Translations under genes and position numbers: made by a program | In this document: in pieces, positions 1-12,730 of the stretch | Layout: every line of letters starts with the position of its first letter | Position numbering within the stretch: the stretch's first letter is position 1 | The notes under the pieces: model-generated | The model's input: the letters and a program-made list of their open reading frames with translations, nothing else | What the model was told of the DNA's origin: nothing | Databases searched by the model: none | NCBI GenBank assembly: GCA_028534125.1 | Contig: CM052817.1 | Span: 31,560,001-31,624,000 of the forward strand | Origin: Lama glama | Taxonomy: Eukaryota | DNA: 64,000 nucleotides | Direction: 5' to 3'

Positions 1-689
1 TTTTATGTATAGCAGTTTGTATCTGTTAATCTCAAACTCCTGTAATATCACTTACACGTAGAACCTAAAAAAAAGATATAAAGATCAAGCATCCTAGTCA
101 CCAGAGCCACGAGGATGTTCTCTGATTTCTACACTACAGTTCTCTTCCCTGCAGCCCGTCTCAACCACAAGAGAAAAGGAAGCCCACCCAGCCACAGCTA
201 ACCCTCCTCAGCTCATCTAGGAAACCCACCTCACACAGCAGCCCCTCAGCTAACCCCGTACCTCCCTGCCTACTAAGGGCAGAGCTCATCTGCATAAGTT
301 CCTCAGCCCTATATCTGAAGCCCCCACAACCAGACTATCCACACCTACACTAATAAGCCGTCTAAATTCAACGACATTTAACTCTCTGAAAATCAGAGAT
401 ACTCAGCAATGGTCCAAAGATTCTTACTTGAGACACGTTGAATGGACAACAGCCCTTTCTTCCCTTCGCTCCACCACACCCTTACAAGAAGTCACTGCAT
501 ATCAAACCAGAGAGGCAACAGGAGTCATGCGAAGAGCATAAGCGGTTATCAGAGAGCAGAGCCAGGAACTTGACCCTCAGTTTGCCAGTGAGGAATTCCA
601 CCAACTTCACACCCGCCATGACACCCCAGAAGCACCCCTACAATTCCCTGTTACCGATCTGTCGTCAACCAGTCAGGCCCTCCAATTTC

Positions 690-850
690 TGCAAAGTTAC
701 TTTACAACAGCTTAACCTCTGAACTTCAGTTTTCTTCATTCACAAAATATGGAAGTAAATACCGCAAGGTTATTAGTGAGGTTTAATGAGATGTGGGAGA
801 GAACTCACTTACAATGAAAACACTATACAAATGTTTATTGCTGTTATTTC
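690..850 (+). mobile_element. MIR SINE fragment
   Basis: Degenerate MIR core 'cttaacctctgaacttcagttttcttcatt...gaggtttaatgagat'. Confidence 0.7.
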
Positions 851-859
851 CTAATTGCA

Positions 860-1420
860 ATGCTCTCTTCCTAGCTCAAAGCATCATAATCTGGGTCATA
901 ACAGTAGCTTTCCAACTGGTCTTCCTTTCACCCCTGGCTCCTGCCTCACTTTATTCAAACTACATACCCCTTATTCCCATTGGATCAACCTTCAAAGATA
1001 CCATTTTTATCCTGCCACTGCATTCACTAGAAATCCTCAGTGCCTCCCCAAGGCCTTCTCACCACATGCAGGATGAAGTCAAAACTCCTTAGACAAAACA
1101 CTGGAGAATGTCCACAATCTGGCTGTAACCTAACATCCAATCTTTACTTCCACTGCTCCCCAGACACTCCACACCCTAGTCAAAATAGTCAGCATCCATT
1201 CCCTGTCCTAGAAAATCCCCTCTCTCCACCTGTGAAAACTCTGCTAGCTCAAAAGTCACCTCTCTGATGAAGCCTTTCTGGATGGTTCCAATTAATTAAA
1301 AACCATCCAGTTCCTGTGCCCGTGATTTCTGAATCACCGTCACAGAGCTCACCATCATCTTCCATGATCTGTAGCAACTGATGTACATATTCTAACTTCT
1401 CACCTAGATTTTAAGCTCCT
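860..1420 (+). mobile_element. L2 LINE 3' fragment
   Basis: Pyrimidine-rich L2-like text ending 'ctagattttaagctcct'. Confidence 0.65.
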
Positions 1421-1426
1421 AAAGGA

Positions 1427-1575
1427 ATCATTTTCAACCTTAACATTAGAATCACGTAGGGAGAATTTTTTTAGAATGTAGATGCCCAAAACCCACGCCC
1501 AGATACTTTGAATTAGTCTGGGGTGAGTCCCAGGGCATCAGGATTTAATGTGCTGGTAGATTTGAGAGCCCCAAT
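1427..1575. mobile_element. MER5-like hAT-Charlie element
   Basis: 'cattagaatcacgtagggag...gatgcccaaaacccacgcccagatactttgaatt...ggggtgagtcccagggcatc' matches the MER5 pattern. Confidence 0.6.
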
Positions 1576-2139
1576 CTTAAGTGAAGAGATTGGGCGCTTA
1601 CACTTTCTCTTTATACCACACTTGGTGTTTAGAGCAGCCTCTCAATAAGCAGCTGGATAACAGACCCAACTGATCTATTCTCCTAAGCAGAGAAATCAGA
1701 GAAAAGCTCTTGTTGCTTGGCATCTATGTTGGTCATCTTTATTTTAAATCAAAATTTTGACACTCTATCTTTTTGTTCCTGAAAAACTGTGGATGTGTAA
1801 ATATGACTTATTTGGAAATCTTCTTCTCAACTTTGTGCAACATATTTTCAATGTAGGGTAAAGATGACAACTTTCAAGAGTGGTGTATAAGGGAAAAGCA
1901 AGCTACACTCCAGAAGAACAGGCCACGTGCAAATATGGAACTCCCAGCCCAACAGGCAATACCACAGCTATCAAACAAAGGGCAGACATTGGACAGCCCA
2001 GGAAGATAAGTGGGGCATGGCTCATCCGCAGGACTAGAAGCAGAAGGTTTCAACATCAGGACGGGGGAAGTACTTCATGTAGAATGTGTAGGGAAGAAAA
2101 AAAAACCTTACCGTTTTTGTATAAGAGATTAATAGTCTT

Positions 2140-2320
2140 ATATAGAATCATACCATTTGAGTCAAAAGGAATCTTAGCCATCACTTAAATCTGTGACCAT
2201 CCCCTTACAAATTAAGGAGCTGAGGTTTAGAAAGTGTAATGAGTTGCTCAAAGACACACAAACCCAGACTAGAAGTCTCCTGGTCCCAGGAGAAGGGCCC
2301 CCTCCAGCATTCTGTACCAT
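2140..2320 (-). mobile_element. MIR SINE fragment
   Basis: 'ttacaaattaaggagctgaggtttagaaagtg...ttgctcaaagacacaca' is a reverse-orientation MIR core. Confidence 0.6.
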
Positions 2321-3109
2321 ACAATTAAAAGTTCGTTGTTGTTTTAATAACCCATTGGTCAAAGAACACTATTAAAGGTCACATAAATGAAGGAAAATTC
2401 TCCTCATGTAGATTTCCAGTTAAAGACGGAGGGCTGAGGGTACACTTTAGCCTAGGCTCCCTCCTGAAACCCCATTAAATCAGTTCTGCTGTTGTTGTCA
2501 CAAAGGAATTAACTATCAAAGAAACAGAAAACAGGACAGGAGATAAGAAAATTTTAGAAACTGGAAGGAAATAAACATGCTGGGGAGAAGCCTGGAAACA
2601 ACCAATGGTATGTCTAAAAGTGGCGAAGGACTTAAAGCAAAAGAACTGTTTGTGGGTCTACTTAAAAAAGAGAATCCTCAAACCCCCAACTCATCTGCTG
2701 ACCTACTGAACCTAGATAAGAGAAGACTCAAAAGTCAAAAGGCAAAAGTTACAGAGGCTAGCTGACTTATCTCATCTCTCCCAGGAATGCAGTCCCCACC
2801 CAGCCCACTGACACATGGTGGGTGACTGCGGTGCTGGACTGGGCGGGGCACGTCAACCTGGAAGCAGACTCAGCAGTGCTGCACTGAGAATAGTTGTTTC
2901 TTACTGTCCATATAATACAGGTACAATGACTGATTTAACACGTACTCTTTAAGATAGGCTTGGGTTTCACGCTGAAGGTCCCCACTGTGATCTTTGGCTG
3001 TGATTGGGTTGGAGAGCCTCCTGACTGCTAAAAAGGGAAAGGGGAGGGGGGAAGAAAAATAACAATGGATGGAGAAAAAAGTTTTGAGAAAAGAAACCAC
3101 GTGCAATAC

Positions 3110-3685
3110 TGTCACCTAAAAACTGGGTTCGCCTCATGGTGGCTGTTGAGCCAAAAAGACACAACCAAACCAAAGCACAGGAGAAGGAAGGATTTATTAC
3201 TTGCAGCAAGTAAGGAGAACACCGGGGATATTTCCCACAGCAGTATTTCCCCTAAGCAGCAATTTGGGGCTGGAGCAAGAATTCAGCATAGCATTGAGGC
3301 AAAAGTTGACAGAGTCTGGGACCTAGTTGATTGAAGTCAGGAGGGTCAGCAAAGGTCAACATTATCATTCCAGCTGATCTGGTGGCTGAGTGCTCAAGGC
3401 GGGGGTTGAACTCTGCAGAACAGCTCAAAAATGTGCTTCAGGCTCATCTTTACATCGGAAACATAACTGGGAGTCTTTACAACTGATAATATGGCTAAGT
3501 TATCTCCCTGGCCTGGTAATAGCTGTTTTTATCTTCTTTCACTCCCTTAAAATTATTAACTACTGAGACCTATTCTGCAACAGCAGGCTGAGATCACAAA
3601 ATGGTTTAGGCCTAAAATGGCTTCTCCTTGGTTAAGAAAGTTATGTCTAGTTCTCCTCCAGGGACCCCGACCCTATCTGCTTACA
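3110..3685 (-). mobile_element. ERV1-class solo LTR (576 bp)
   Basis: TG...CA termini (tgtcacc...gcttaca), 4-bp flanks atac/atat, minus-strand AATAAA at 3193-3198. Confidence 0.75.
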
Positions 3686-3889
3686 ATATCTCAAAGCATC
3701 AACAAATATATTAACTATACAGGAGATTCATAGTTAAGTGATTCTAGACAGAAACAAAAGATGTCATAACATAAAAATTGCTCATTAACCAACTGCCTAC
3801 ATAGGTCCCAATTAAATATTCCTTCCACATTACTACGTTCTGCTTCTTTGCTGGTCATTCTCTCTGACTGAAGGAAGGAATCAGTCAAC

Positions 3890-4800
3890 AACATCAAATA
3901 TTTAGAAGATGAAAGTTTTCAAGAAGTTGAAAATGAGAGTAATGTTGGAGAAATACTCTGATCACACTCAATGCCACAGGCAAATGAGGATCTTGAAGTT
4001 AGTTAGCTAGTAAAAATAAAGTAAAATAACACAGTAACAGTGTCAAAGATGATTTACACTTAAAATACTAAAATGCACGGTGGCAGACTTCTTTTTGCTC
4101 CCTTCCCCACTGGTAACCCCCTGTCCTCATCCACTCTCCCCTTCTTCCTGGCCATATGGGCTGGAGATGGTATTTCCCAGCCTTCTTTGCAGTTAGAGGT
4201 GGCCATCTAAGTTAAAGCCAAAGGGATGTGTGCAGCCAGGGATATGAGGGTCACCTCTAACTTACAGACAAGCTACTTTCCCTGGATTTTTAGGGCATTT
4301 TCCACCTCCCCACCAGCTGGAAAGTGCACATGGTAGACTCAACTTTCCTTATGCATTGAAGACATCACTGTAGGGAGTAGAGGAGCGAACAAGATGGAAC
4401 CTAGCCCTTAAACGACTTCATGGAGCAGAGTTGCCCCCTAGTCTAGACTTGCTCACCTACTTTGTGAGAGATAAACACACTTTTATCTTATTTTAGAAAT
4501 GACGTATGGTGGTTTCTTTGTTATAGTGACTTAACTTTTATTCTACCTCATGATACACCCCTGCAAAAATTGATAAAGCTTTCTAATGCTTTTGAAAAAC
4601 ATGGCCCTCTTTAGATCTGTGCTGACAAATTCAAATGTAAAGTGAAGGAAGTCAAAATTTTTTATCACGCATTTTCATCAGAAAATTCTCAAGAAAACTA
4701 ACATTTGACTCCCTTTTTGTTCTAAGAGTTAACAATTATAATCTAAATGGTGCCATATATGAGATAAAATAAACATGTTTTCACTTTATTTTTCAAGATA
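3890..4800 (+). mobile_element. Tigger (TcMar) transposase C-terminal fossil, split by an MLT1 LTR
   Basis: From 3902 translates as LEDESFQEVENESNVGEIL*SHSMPQANEDLE, like the Tigger C-terminal 'EEVDEEDVEELLESH..PLTNEDL' motif; resumes after 4557. Confidence 0.6.
4079..4557 (+). mobile_element. MLT1 (ERVL-MaLR) LTR
   Basis: 'tatttcccagccttctttgcagttagaggtggccat' and a 3' end 'tttgttatag...tgataca' typical of old MLT1. Confidence 0.7.
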
Positions 4801-5269
4801 ATGTATGAATCATAAGGCCTTTTTTTTTCCCTTTTTTACTAGTCACTATGAAATGTAAGTGGATTCACTTTAAATGACAATATTCTGGCACTAATCCTCT
4901 TCCTGTGAGAGAATTTCTGATACACAACAAATATTTTTCTTTCTGCTTCTTGTTAATTCAGAAAGAAACAATAACCAGTGAAAACAAGGCATGAATAACA
5001 AGTTTCTAAGTAGGTACTGTGATTTTCAGCAACTTTCACTAGGAGAAAACATAAAATTTGGAAATAATACATAAAGTAATCTAATACCAATATATTTCTT
5101 GACTACATTAATCTAAACTGTTTTTAACGTAAAACATTCATCTATGTCAACAAATTATTTTCCTATTATTTTCAAAATAGGAATAAAGAACCCAAGTCAT
5201 TATTGCGTTCAGTTTTTTTACAGAATGAGCGAACTTCTTTAACAAAGAATTTCAAGAACAAAAACAGTG

Positions 5270-5650
5270 AGATTGAGGAGGAAAACTCTTAAGAGACATC
5301 CCAACCCGCTAAAATGTGAGACAACTGTGGTAACCTGAATACTAACTGCATATTGGTGACATTTAGGTTTGTGGTAAGGTTTATTTGATGATATCAAAAT
5401 AGTGTTAGGTTGTTTTGGAGTTTTTTGGTATGGTGATGCTCTTGCGACTGTATTTTTTAAAAGTTATTATCTTTTAGAGATACATACTGAAAAATTTATG
5501 GATAAAATATCTGTGGTTTGCTTCATAATCAAAATAAAATTGCTCATGAGTTGACAACTATTGAAGCTAAGTGAGGCACACAGGGGTTCATTACACTTTC
5601 TTATTTTTGTTTGTCTTTGAAGTTTTCCATAACAAAAAGTTTTAAAAATA
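5270..5650 (+). mobile_element. Old L1M 3'UTR fragment
   Basis: 'cttttagagatacatactgaaaaatttatggat...gggttcattacact...gaagttttccataa'. Confidence 0.65.
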
Positions 5651-6265
5651 TGTTTAAGGGAATAACATGGTTTTCTACATCCCTGTCATCCAACATTTTG
5701 GGACTGGTAAGAAAGAGAAGAAAAAGATGGGAGGAAGAAGAGAGGGAGGGAAGGGGAAAAAGAGAACAAGGCAGACAAATCTAAGCAGAAAAAGGGTGTG
5801 GGCTCTGCTTCCTTAGGGATATTACTACTACACGATCTAATTCATTATGAAAGCTCTTCCAATGATTTCTTGAGTCAGCAGAGCTTCATGATAACATGAT
5901 GTGATACTATTTCTTCCCCAACAGGAATATGCGGTTTCCAGAACCAAAAATAAAACCACAGTCCATGCAACATTTGTCCTTGTTATAATTCCTCTTTTCT
6001 CCCCTCTCTTTCCTTTCCTTTCTCCCCTGATCAAATTTCATGAAAGCAGAAGTTAGCTTTTCAAGGCTGCAGCATGGTGAAAAGAAAATTCTGTACAGAT
6101 TGACTAAGTGCCAAAGCACAGCGGTCAGTCAGGTAAAGTGAGCAGACCCTAACTGCTGCCTTCCTACAAAAGAATCATTAGAAAGCTCCCCGAAGGTACG
6201 CATCGCAAGTGAAACCACAGAGAACACTGAAACAAGCAGGCAAATACGACCGGAGAATTATTTAC

Positions 6266-6333
6266 CCTTCCTTCTGAAGCTTGTGAATGAAGAAATTCCA
6301 AAACTGAAATGTCAGCTGTTATATACCTGATCT
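6266..6333 (-). other. Candidate 68-nt internal (probably 5'UTR) exon of the minus-strand gene
   Basis: Minus-strand acceptor cctacttttttcctctcAG and donor AGG|GTAAAT in non-repeat sequence; no ATG in the exon. Confidence 0.4.
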
Positions 6334-6561
6334 CTGAGAGGAAAAAAGTAGGCTGATAAAAATACTAATTCCAGAGAAAACATTCTCATACGTCACTTGT
6401 AACAACTAGAAGTTGCAAACTACATTCAAAAAGTGTCATGGATATAAGCCATGATCTAATTACTGTTTGGAAAATGTCCAGTGACTCTTTTTTAATGGAA
6501 TCATAATTAGCAGACAGTATTATATTAACTCCAAGTGTACAACACAGTGATTCACTGTTTT

Positions 6562-6828
6562 CTTTACTTACATAAACTTTTAAAACTTTAATTAATGGAA
6601 ATAAAACATTTCTTAAGAGGTACCCCTCTGAATATATGCAAGCCATCTTTTGTTAGCTTCTTTAAAATAAAATTTATCCATGCTAGGCAATTAAAATATT
6701 AGAACAAGTGACAAAACGTTTCTGATAAAAATAAATCAATTTATGTCAACACGGTCATTACTTGTACTTAGTATCTGAGTTACAAAGTCATTCAAATTTC
6801 AAATAATATTAATCATGTAAAATGTTTT
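6562..6828 (-). pseudogene. Retroposed, 5'-truncated 3'UTR-like fragment inserted in the L1 3'UTR
   Basis: 14-bp TSD tgattcact(g/a)tttt at 6548-6561 and 6829-6842; minus-strand ATTAAA followed by a short A-rich tail. Confidence 0.6.
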
Positions 6829-7246
6829 TGATTCACTATTTTTACGTATTATGAAACGATCGCCACAAAAGTTACTGTCAGCATACAAACTTATTACAGT
6901 ATCATTGACTATATTCCCTATGCTGTGTATTGCTCCCTGGTGTCTTATTTGTTTTATAGCCGAAAATTTGACCCTCTTAATCCCCTTCACCTATTTCATC
7001 CACCCTCTCACTCCCCTCTCCTCTGGCAATCACCAGTTTATTCTCTGAATCTGTGTGTCCGTATCTGTTTTGTTTTGGTTTGTTTGTTTTGCTTTTTAGA
7101 TTCCACATATAAGTGAAATCACATAGTATTTGTTTTTCCGTGTCTGATTTATTTCACTTAGCATAATACTTTCCAGGTCCATCTATGTTGCTGCAAATGG
7201 CAAGATCTCACTCTTTTTTATGGCAAAGTAGTATTCCAAGTACATG

Positions 7247-7248
<2 letters not shown>

Positions 7249-7296
<48 letters not shown>
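7249..7296. repeat. (TG)24 microsatellite
   Basis: Perfect dinucleotide run. Confidence 0.95.
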
Positions 7297-7299
<3 letters not shown>

Positions 7300-8734
7300 C
7301 CCACATCCTCTTTATTCATTCATTAATCAATGGACACTTAGATTGCTTGCATACCTTGGCTACTGTAAATAGTGCTGCAATGAACATAGAAATATGTCTC
7401 TTTTCCCACAGTGGCTGCACCAATTTACATTCCCACCAATCACACACAAGGTTTCCTTTTCTCCACATCCTCAACATTTGTTGTTTCTTGCCTTTTTGAT
7501 GATAGCCGTTCCAACAAATGTGAGGTGGTATCTCATTATTGTTTTAATAAGCATTTCCCTGATGATTAGTGGTACTGACCATCTTCTCATGTGCCTGTTC
7601 GCCATCTGTATGTCTTCTTCAGAAAAACATCTATTCAGGGCCTCTGCCCATTTTTCAGTCAGGCTGTTTTTACATTGAACTGTATGAATTCTTTATGTAT
7701 TTTGGATATTAACCCCTTACTAAATACATGGTTTGCAAATTTCTCCCATTTAGTGGGTTGTCTTTTTGTTTTGTTGGTGGTTTCCTTTGCTGTGCAAAGG
7801 CTTAGTTTGATGTAGTCCCATTTGTTGATGTTTGCTTTGGCTGCCCTAGCCTGAGGAGATATATCCAAAAAATACTGCTAAGACAGAGGTCAAAGAGATC
7901 ACTGCCTATATGTTCTAGGAGTTTCATGGTTTCAGGTCTTATGTTCAAGTTTTTGACTCATTTTGAGTTTACTTTTTTAATATGGTATAAGAAAAGTAAT
8001 ATATATAAATCTGTTGTATTTCTATATACTAATAACAAACTATCAGAAAGAGAAATGAAGAAAACAATCCCTTTTACAACTAAAATAAATTTAGCCAATG
8101 AAATGAAAGATCTGTACTTTGAAAACTATAAGACACCAAGGAAAGAAACTGAAAACAACACAAATAAATGGAAAAATATACCATGCTCATGGATTCAATA
8201 TCATTAAAACGTCCATACTACCCAAAGCAACCGACAGAGTCAATGCAATCTCTATCAAAATACCAATGGTATTTTTTACACAAATAGAACAAATAATTCA
8301 AAATGTGTATGGAATCACAAATGACCCCAAAAAGTCAAAGCAATTTTAAGAAAGAACAAAACCGGAGGTATCACACTCCTTAGTTTCAAACTATACTATA
8401 GACCTATGGTAACCAAAACTGTATGGCACTGGCACAAAAACAGGCACAATGGCACAGAATAAAGAGCCCCCAAATAAAGTGATACTCATATGGTCAATTA
8501 ACCTACAACAAAGAAGGCAAGAACATACAGTGACAGAAAAGATGGTCTCTTCAATAAATGGTGTTGGAAAAGCTGGACAGCTACATGCAAAAGAATGAAA
8601 CTGGATCTTTTTCATACACCCTCCCTCTAATGAAGTAAACTGATAATGTACTTTCCTGTTCTTTGCTCTACCCATCACTGGGTCACCATCTAGATCATTT
8701 ATGATATATAATGCTGCTGTTTTTTAAAAAATAG

Positions 8735-9251
8735 AAGGAAATTCACTGATACTTCTCCCGTTGAATCTGAGTGGCCTTATGACTCCTTCAATTAATATAG
8801 TACAGCAGAAGAGTTACTACGTAATCTCTGAGGCTAGGCCAGAAAAGGCCAAGTTGCTCCTGCCTGGTTCTTGTGGACTTCTCATTCTTTGGACAGTCCC
8901 TCTTGGAACCTCAACATCATACTGAGAGAGGCTTTCACTGAATTGAGAAGCCACATATAGGTATTCTAGTGCAGAACTCTGTTGAGCCCAGCCTTCAAAT
9001 CATCCCAGTCCAGGAGCCAGACATATGAGTGAGGAAATTCTCAGATGAATCCAGCCTGAGTTGTCCAAGTTGTCCAACACTTCCAGCTACCAAGTGTTCC
9101 AAGATGAGAGCACGGATACCATGGAAGAGATGCTCCCACTGTGTGCTATCAAATTCTTAGCTTACACAATCAATGAGTGTGATAAAATGGTTGTTATTGT
9201 GTGCCTGTATGTTTAAGGTAGTTTGTTATACAGCGATAGATAACTGGAACA
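8735..9251 (+). mobile_element. MLT1 (ERVL-MaLR) LTR
   Basis: 'ctgaggctaggccagaaaagg...ccagacatatgagtgagga...gtagtttgttatacagcgatagataactggaaca'. Confidence 0.75.
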
Positions 9252-10687
9252 TATAATTAATATACTATATCATTCGTGACTACCTCATTCTCATTTCATT
9301 TATCTCTAATCCCTGTCAACCCTCTTCATTCCCTTAAATGTTTCCTCCTCTTCACTCATCAATCATTTCACCACATTCAGTTTATGAACCAATTTGTCCA
9401 CAGGAATAGTTTCAGACATTTTTATAACCATTCATTCTGGCATTCACTGCATAGCAATAACATATGAGGAACTATACATGAGGCAATGAAGTGGTTACAA
9501 AGATGAGAAAAACATGACCTTTGCTCTAGGGAAGCACAGATAAAAGAGACTTAAAAACAAAGCATTACAATAAAATCTATAGAGGGCTATGAAAGTGATA
9601 CTGGGCAAAGTGCTTTAGAACACTAAGAGTCCCTAGAAATCACTAGCACATGATCACTAAAGAGGAAACAATTACCCCTCTTCAAAGTACGGTGGACCAC
9701 TTCAATGAGGATGTGACATACAGACAGAATTTTGACAGATGGTTAGAGATACATCAACACATGAATAAAAGTAGTTGTTAATGCTCTGGTCTGTATAATC
9801 ACTTCCATGTATAACATATATGAAAAGTCTTTCTTAAAAGTTGCTTGATTTTAATAAGAATCATAAACAGGAAATAGTTTAAAATGACATGGGGTTCACT
9901 ATGTCATTTTCAGAAGTTTTATACTGGCTCTTCATTATGAGTTCTAATTTTGAGTATTTTATTAGTACAGAAAGGTTGAACAGAAAAGCAATAAATAGTC
10001 TTAGTTATAGAAAAATGACTCTTTGAACTATATATTCTTCCCTTTACAGGCCAGATGCATTCCAGGTATATATGGCTGAAATTAAAATAAATTCTAACTA
10101 GAATAATTTGTCTATTTGGATTCAATTGCAGAATTAAAAATATATTTCCAAGGGGAAAAACATTTATTCAATATACATGATACAAATCTTTGGAAAGAAA
10201 CAATGCCATTCTGGGTGTTAAAGAATTGAGAAATGGTTTCATAGAACTTTCAAAATTTGTCAACGGTTTGAACTGAAATCTAGTATTTTACAGAAATTTC
10301 ACTTCACCATCATCCTACTACTTTCAACTACCTTCTCCAAAGCAAACAAATGTTTCCCACTCATAAGCATCCTCTAACCATACAAAGATTTTGAAGCTAG
10401 ATACTTCTCCTACTGGGGTGATATCCAAGCATTAAATCTCAATATCATGTTTTACCAACAGATGACTACATATTTCAGTGCACCTGAACATTCCATTTGA
10501 AAAACCATAGTCTATAAATAAATGCCCCATTTTTTTCCAGTGCTGTGTAAAATTGTGAAAATCAGCTTTACTTAAATAAGCAATACTGATATTTAGATAG
10601 CCCAAACAGAATAAATTAGTTAATATATGTGTGTGTGTGTATGCACGTATATACATATGTTACACAGACACATGACTCTCAATTCCA

Positions 10688-10820
10688 GGGGAGGGTATAG
10701 CTCAGTGGTAAAGTGCTACTTAGTACGCATGAGATCCTGGTTCAGTCCCCAGCACCTCCATGAAAACAAATAAATAAATAAAGCTGCCCCTCCATGAATG
10801 AATGTACGAATGAATGAATC
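10688..10820 (+). mobile_element. Camelid-type tRNA-derived SINE (Vic-1-like)
   Basis: GGGGAGGGTATAGCTCAGTGG (A box), GGTTCAGTCCCC (B box), AAAT/GAAT tail. Confidence 0.85.
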
Positions 10821-11829
10821 TTCATTCTACTTCAAAGCAATTTCTCAAAAGCATATTTCCAACTGTTCTTTCCCCTCTGAATACTCCATCTTAACAAAAA
10901 TCAAGCAAAAGAAAGTATAGTATTCAGCACAATCTAGCAACCAGTACACTGCTAAGACACAGGAGGTAGTCAGTAAGTACTGGATGGCTTAATGCTTTCA
11001 CTTTATTTAAGCCTCAATGGTATTTACTTCAAAAGCCAAACCTCAAAGGTAACAGAAGTAACTATTTCAGACCCTTCACTATTTTTAGTTTCTCATTGTC
11101 ACTGGACAGACTTGAAGAAAAAATATCTTTCAAAAGTATATTTGTCTGCATTTTAAACGATCAGGGTCTTTGAGTCATAAATTAACAAAAACCTAACAGG
11201 ATTTTTTTCTCCTCTGAGATGTTCCTGAGGATTAATTCTGCCCTGTGCAAGGGGTTCTTTTTTCTGAAGGGGCTGGTAGCTCAGAGCTTACTCATCCCAG
11301 AGGCCCAGGCCAGAGTCTCACACATCTCTGATGGTGGAAAATGACAATGCTTCCTCCCAGCTGCCTGCTCAGCTCTTTCATGTGACAGGTCTCTGCCCCT
11401 CCCCACTCTGAATCCCCTGTTAATACATAAAAGTGAGCCTCGATGTAGAAGAACCTTCTCTGCCCTTAACTGACAATACAACTGAAAGCAAAACTCACAA
11501 ACTCTGAGGCCCCACGATGTTATCGGTAGATTAATGCCCTGAAGCTGATGATCTCTAACCTAGTCTCTAGCCCTAAAATTCTATGTGGCTCAACATTCTA
11601 AAAACCCACTTGTTCCCCATTTTACTATTGTACTAAACACAGAAAATTCAACCACCTAGAAGGTAGGCCTGTATCTTTTGATACACTAACTCACAAAATT
11701 TTAACTTGTCCCCTGACAGAGCAGGAGAAGACATTAACAACGGTTCTTTAGACATTATCCTAAAGATTTCTTTCCCTATGTCACCCTCTGTTATCTTATT
11801 TCACCAGTTACTTATGTTGGAACTTCTGG

Positions 11830-12050
11830 CTAAGCAACATGATTCAGTAGAAGGAAACTGAACTTTCAAATCTGACTGACCTGGCTCCAGATCTTAGCTT
11901 TGCCATTTATTAGCTGTATAACTTTATGCAAGTTACTTAATTCCTTTGAGATTATTTAAAAAGAAAATAATGATACCAACATCTTATAGGAGTATCAAGA
12001 GGCATAAATCAGAAGATGCACGTAAATTTTCTTACAGCAAATACTCAGAG
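11830..12050 (+). mobile_element. MIR SINE
   Basis: 'ctttgccatttattagctgtataactttatgcaagttacttaa' core. Confidence 0.7.
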
Positions 12051-12109
12051 AAGCAACCGCTCAGATGGTTTTGCCATATCTTTGTTTTGAACTGATACAC
12101 GTCTACATA

Positions 12110-12730
12110 TTTGACAGCTGTTAACTGAGCATCTAGTAAGGGCCAGATATGCTATCAGGTCTGGGACACAAAATAAAGCATAAGATACAGCCAGTAAGGT
12201 GTCCACAGTCTAGGAAAAAGGGCATACATAACAGAAGCCAATGATACCATTACCATGCAGTAAGCATTATACCACAGATGGATACAAGCTTCAGCCCTGC
12301 CAGAGGTGGCAGGTGGAAAGATAACTGGAGAAGATGACGTCTGAGCCGGGCTAAAGGCTGAGTTAGCTGTCACCTCTGGAAGATGGTGGGCCAATGCCAC
12401 ATCGCAGTGCAAGGGCTCAGCCTTATGAAATGCAAGGTGAGTTTAAAGAAAAACTAACAGTAAAAGCCATTTCTATTAATTTAAATACATTCTATTTCAA
12501 ATAATCCTTCCTCTCCCCCATCCCCACCCAAAGAATTCTAATTCCACTAATAAAAAGAAATCAAAATCCAAAACAATTTCTTTCCAGTCTTGTGTTTATT
12601 TGTTCATTCATTTTTCAACCAAACAACATTTATTTAAAATCTACTCTATATTAGGCAGTGTGACAGGGATACAACAATGCAATGGAAAATACAGGCACCA
12701 TCTTCTGGGAGCTTACACTCTAGTGGGGTT
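12110..12730 (-). mobile_element. L2 fragments
   Basis: 'actgagcatctagt...ggccagat' and 'ttcattcatttttcaacc...atttattt...tctactctatattaggcagtgtg' are reverse L2 3' ends. Confidence 0.55.

Larger units (their letters stand above)
6487..8620 (-). mobile_element. 5'-inverted (twin-primed) L1: 3'UTR/ORF2 end on minus (6487-7996), preceding ORF2 segment on plus (7997-8620)
   Basis: Minus ORF 'NKWDYIKLSLCTAKET', plus ORFs 'NKWKNIPCSWI' and 'ILPKATDRVNAISIKIP'; the two arms meet at adjacent L1 positions with ~14 nt overlap. Confidence 0.85.

Noticed and set aside
1874..2188. ORFs and a minus-strand GTAAGG donor near 2111
   Set aside because: No recognisable protein; the would-be exon runs into a MIR and has no good acceptor
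10688..10770. tRNA-like sequences with A and B boxes here and at five other sites
   Set aside because: A-rich tails and TSDs show they are SINE copies, not tRNA genes
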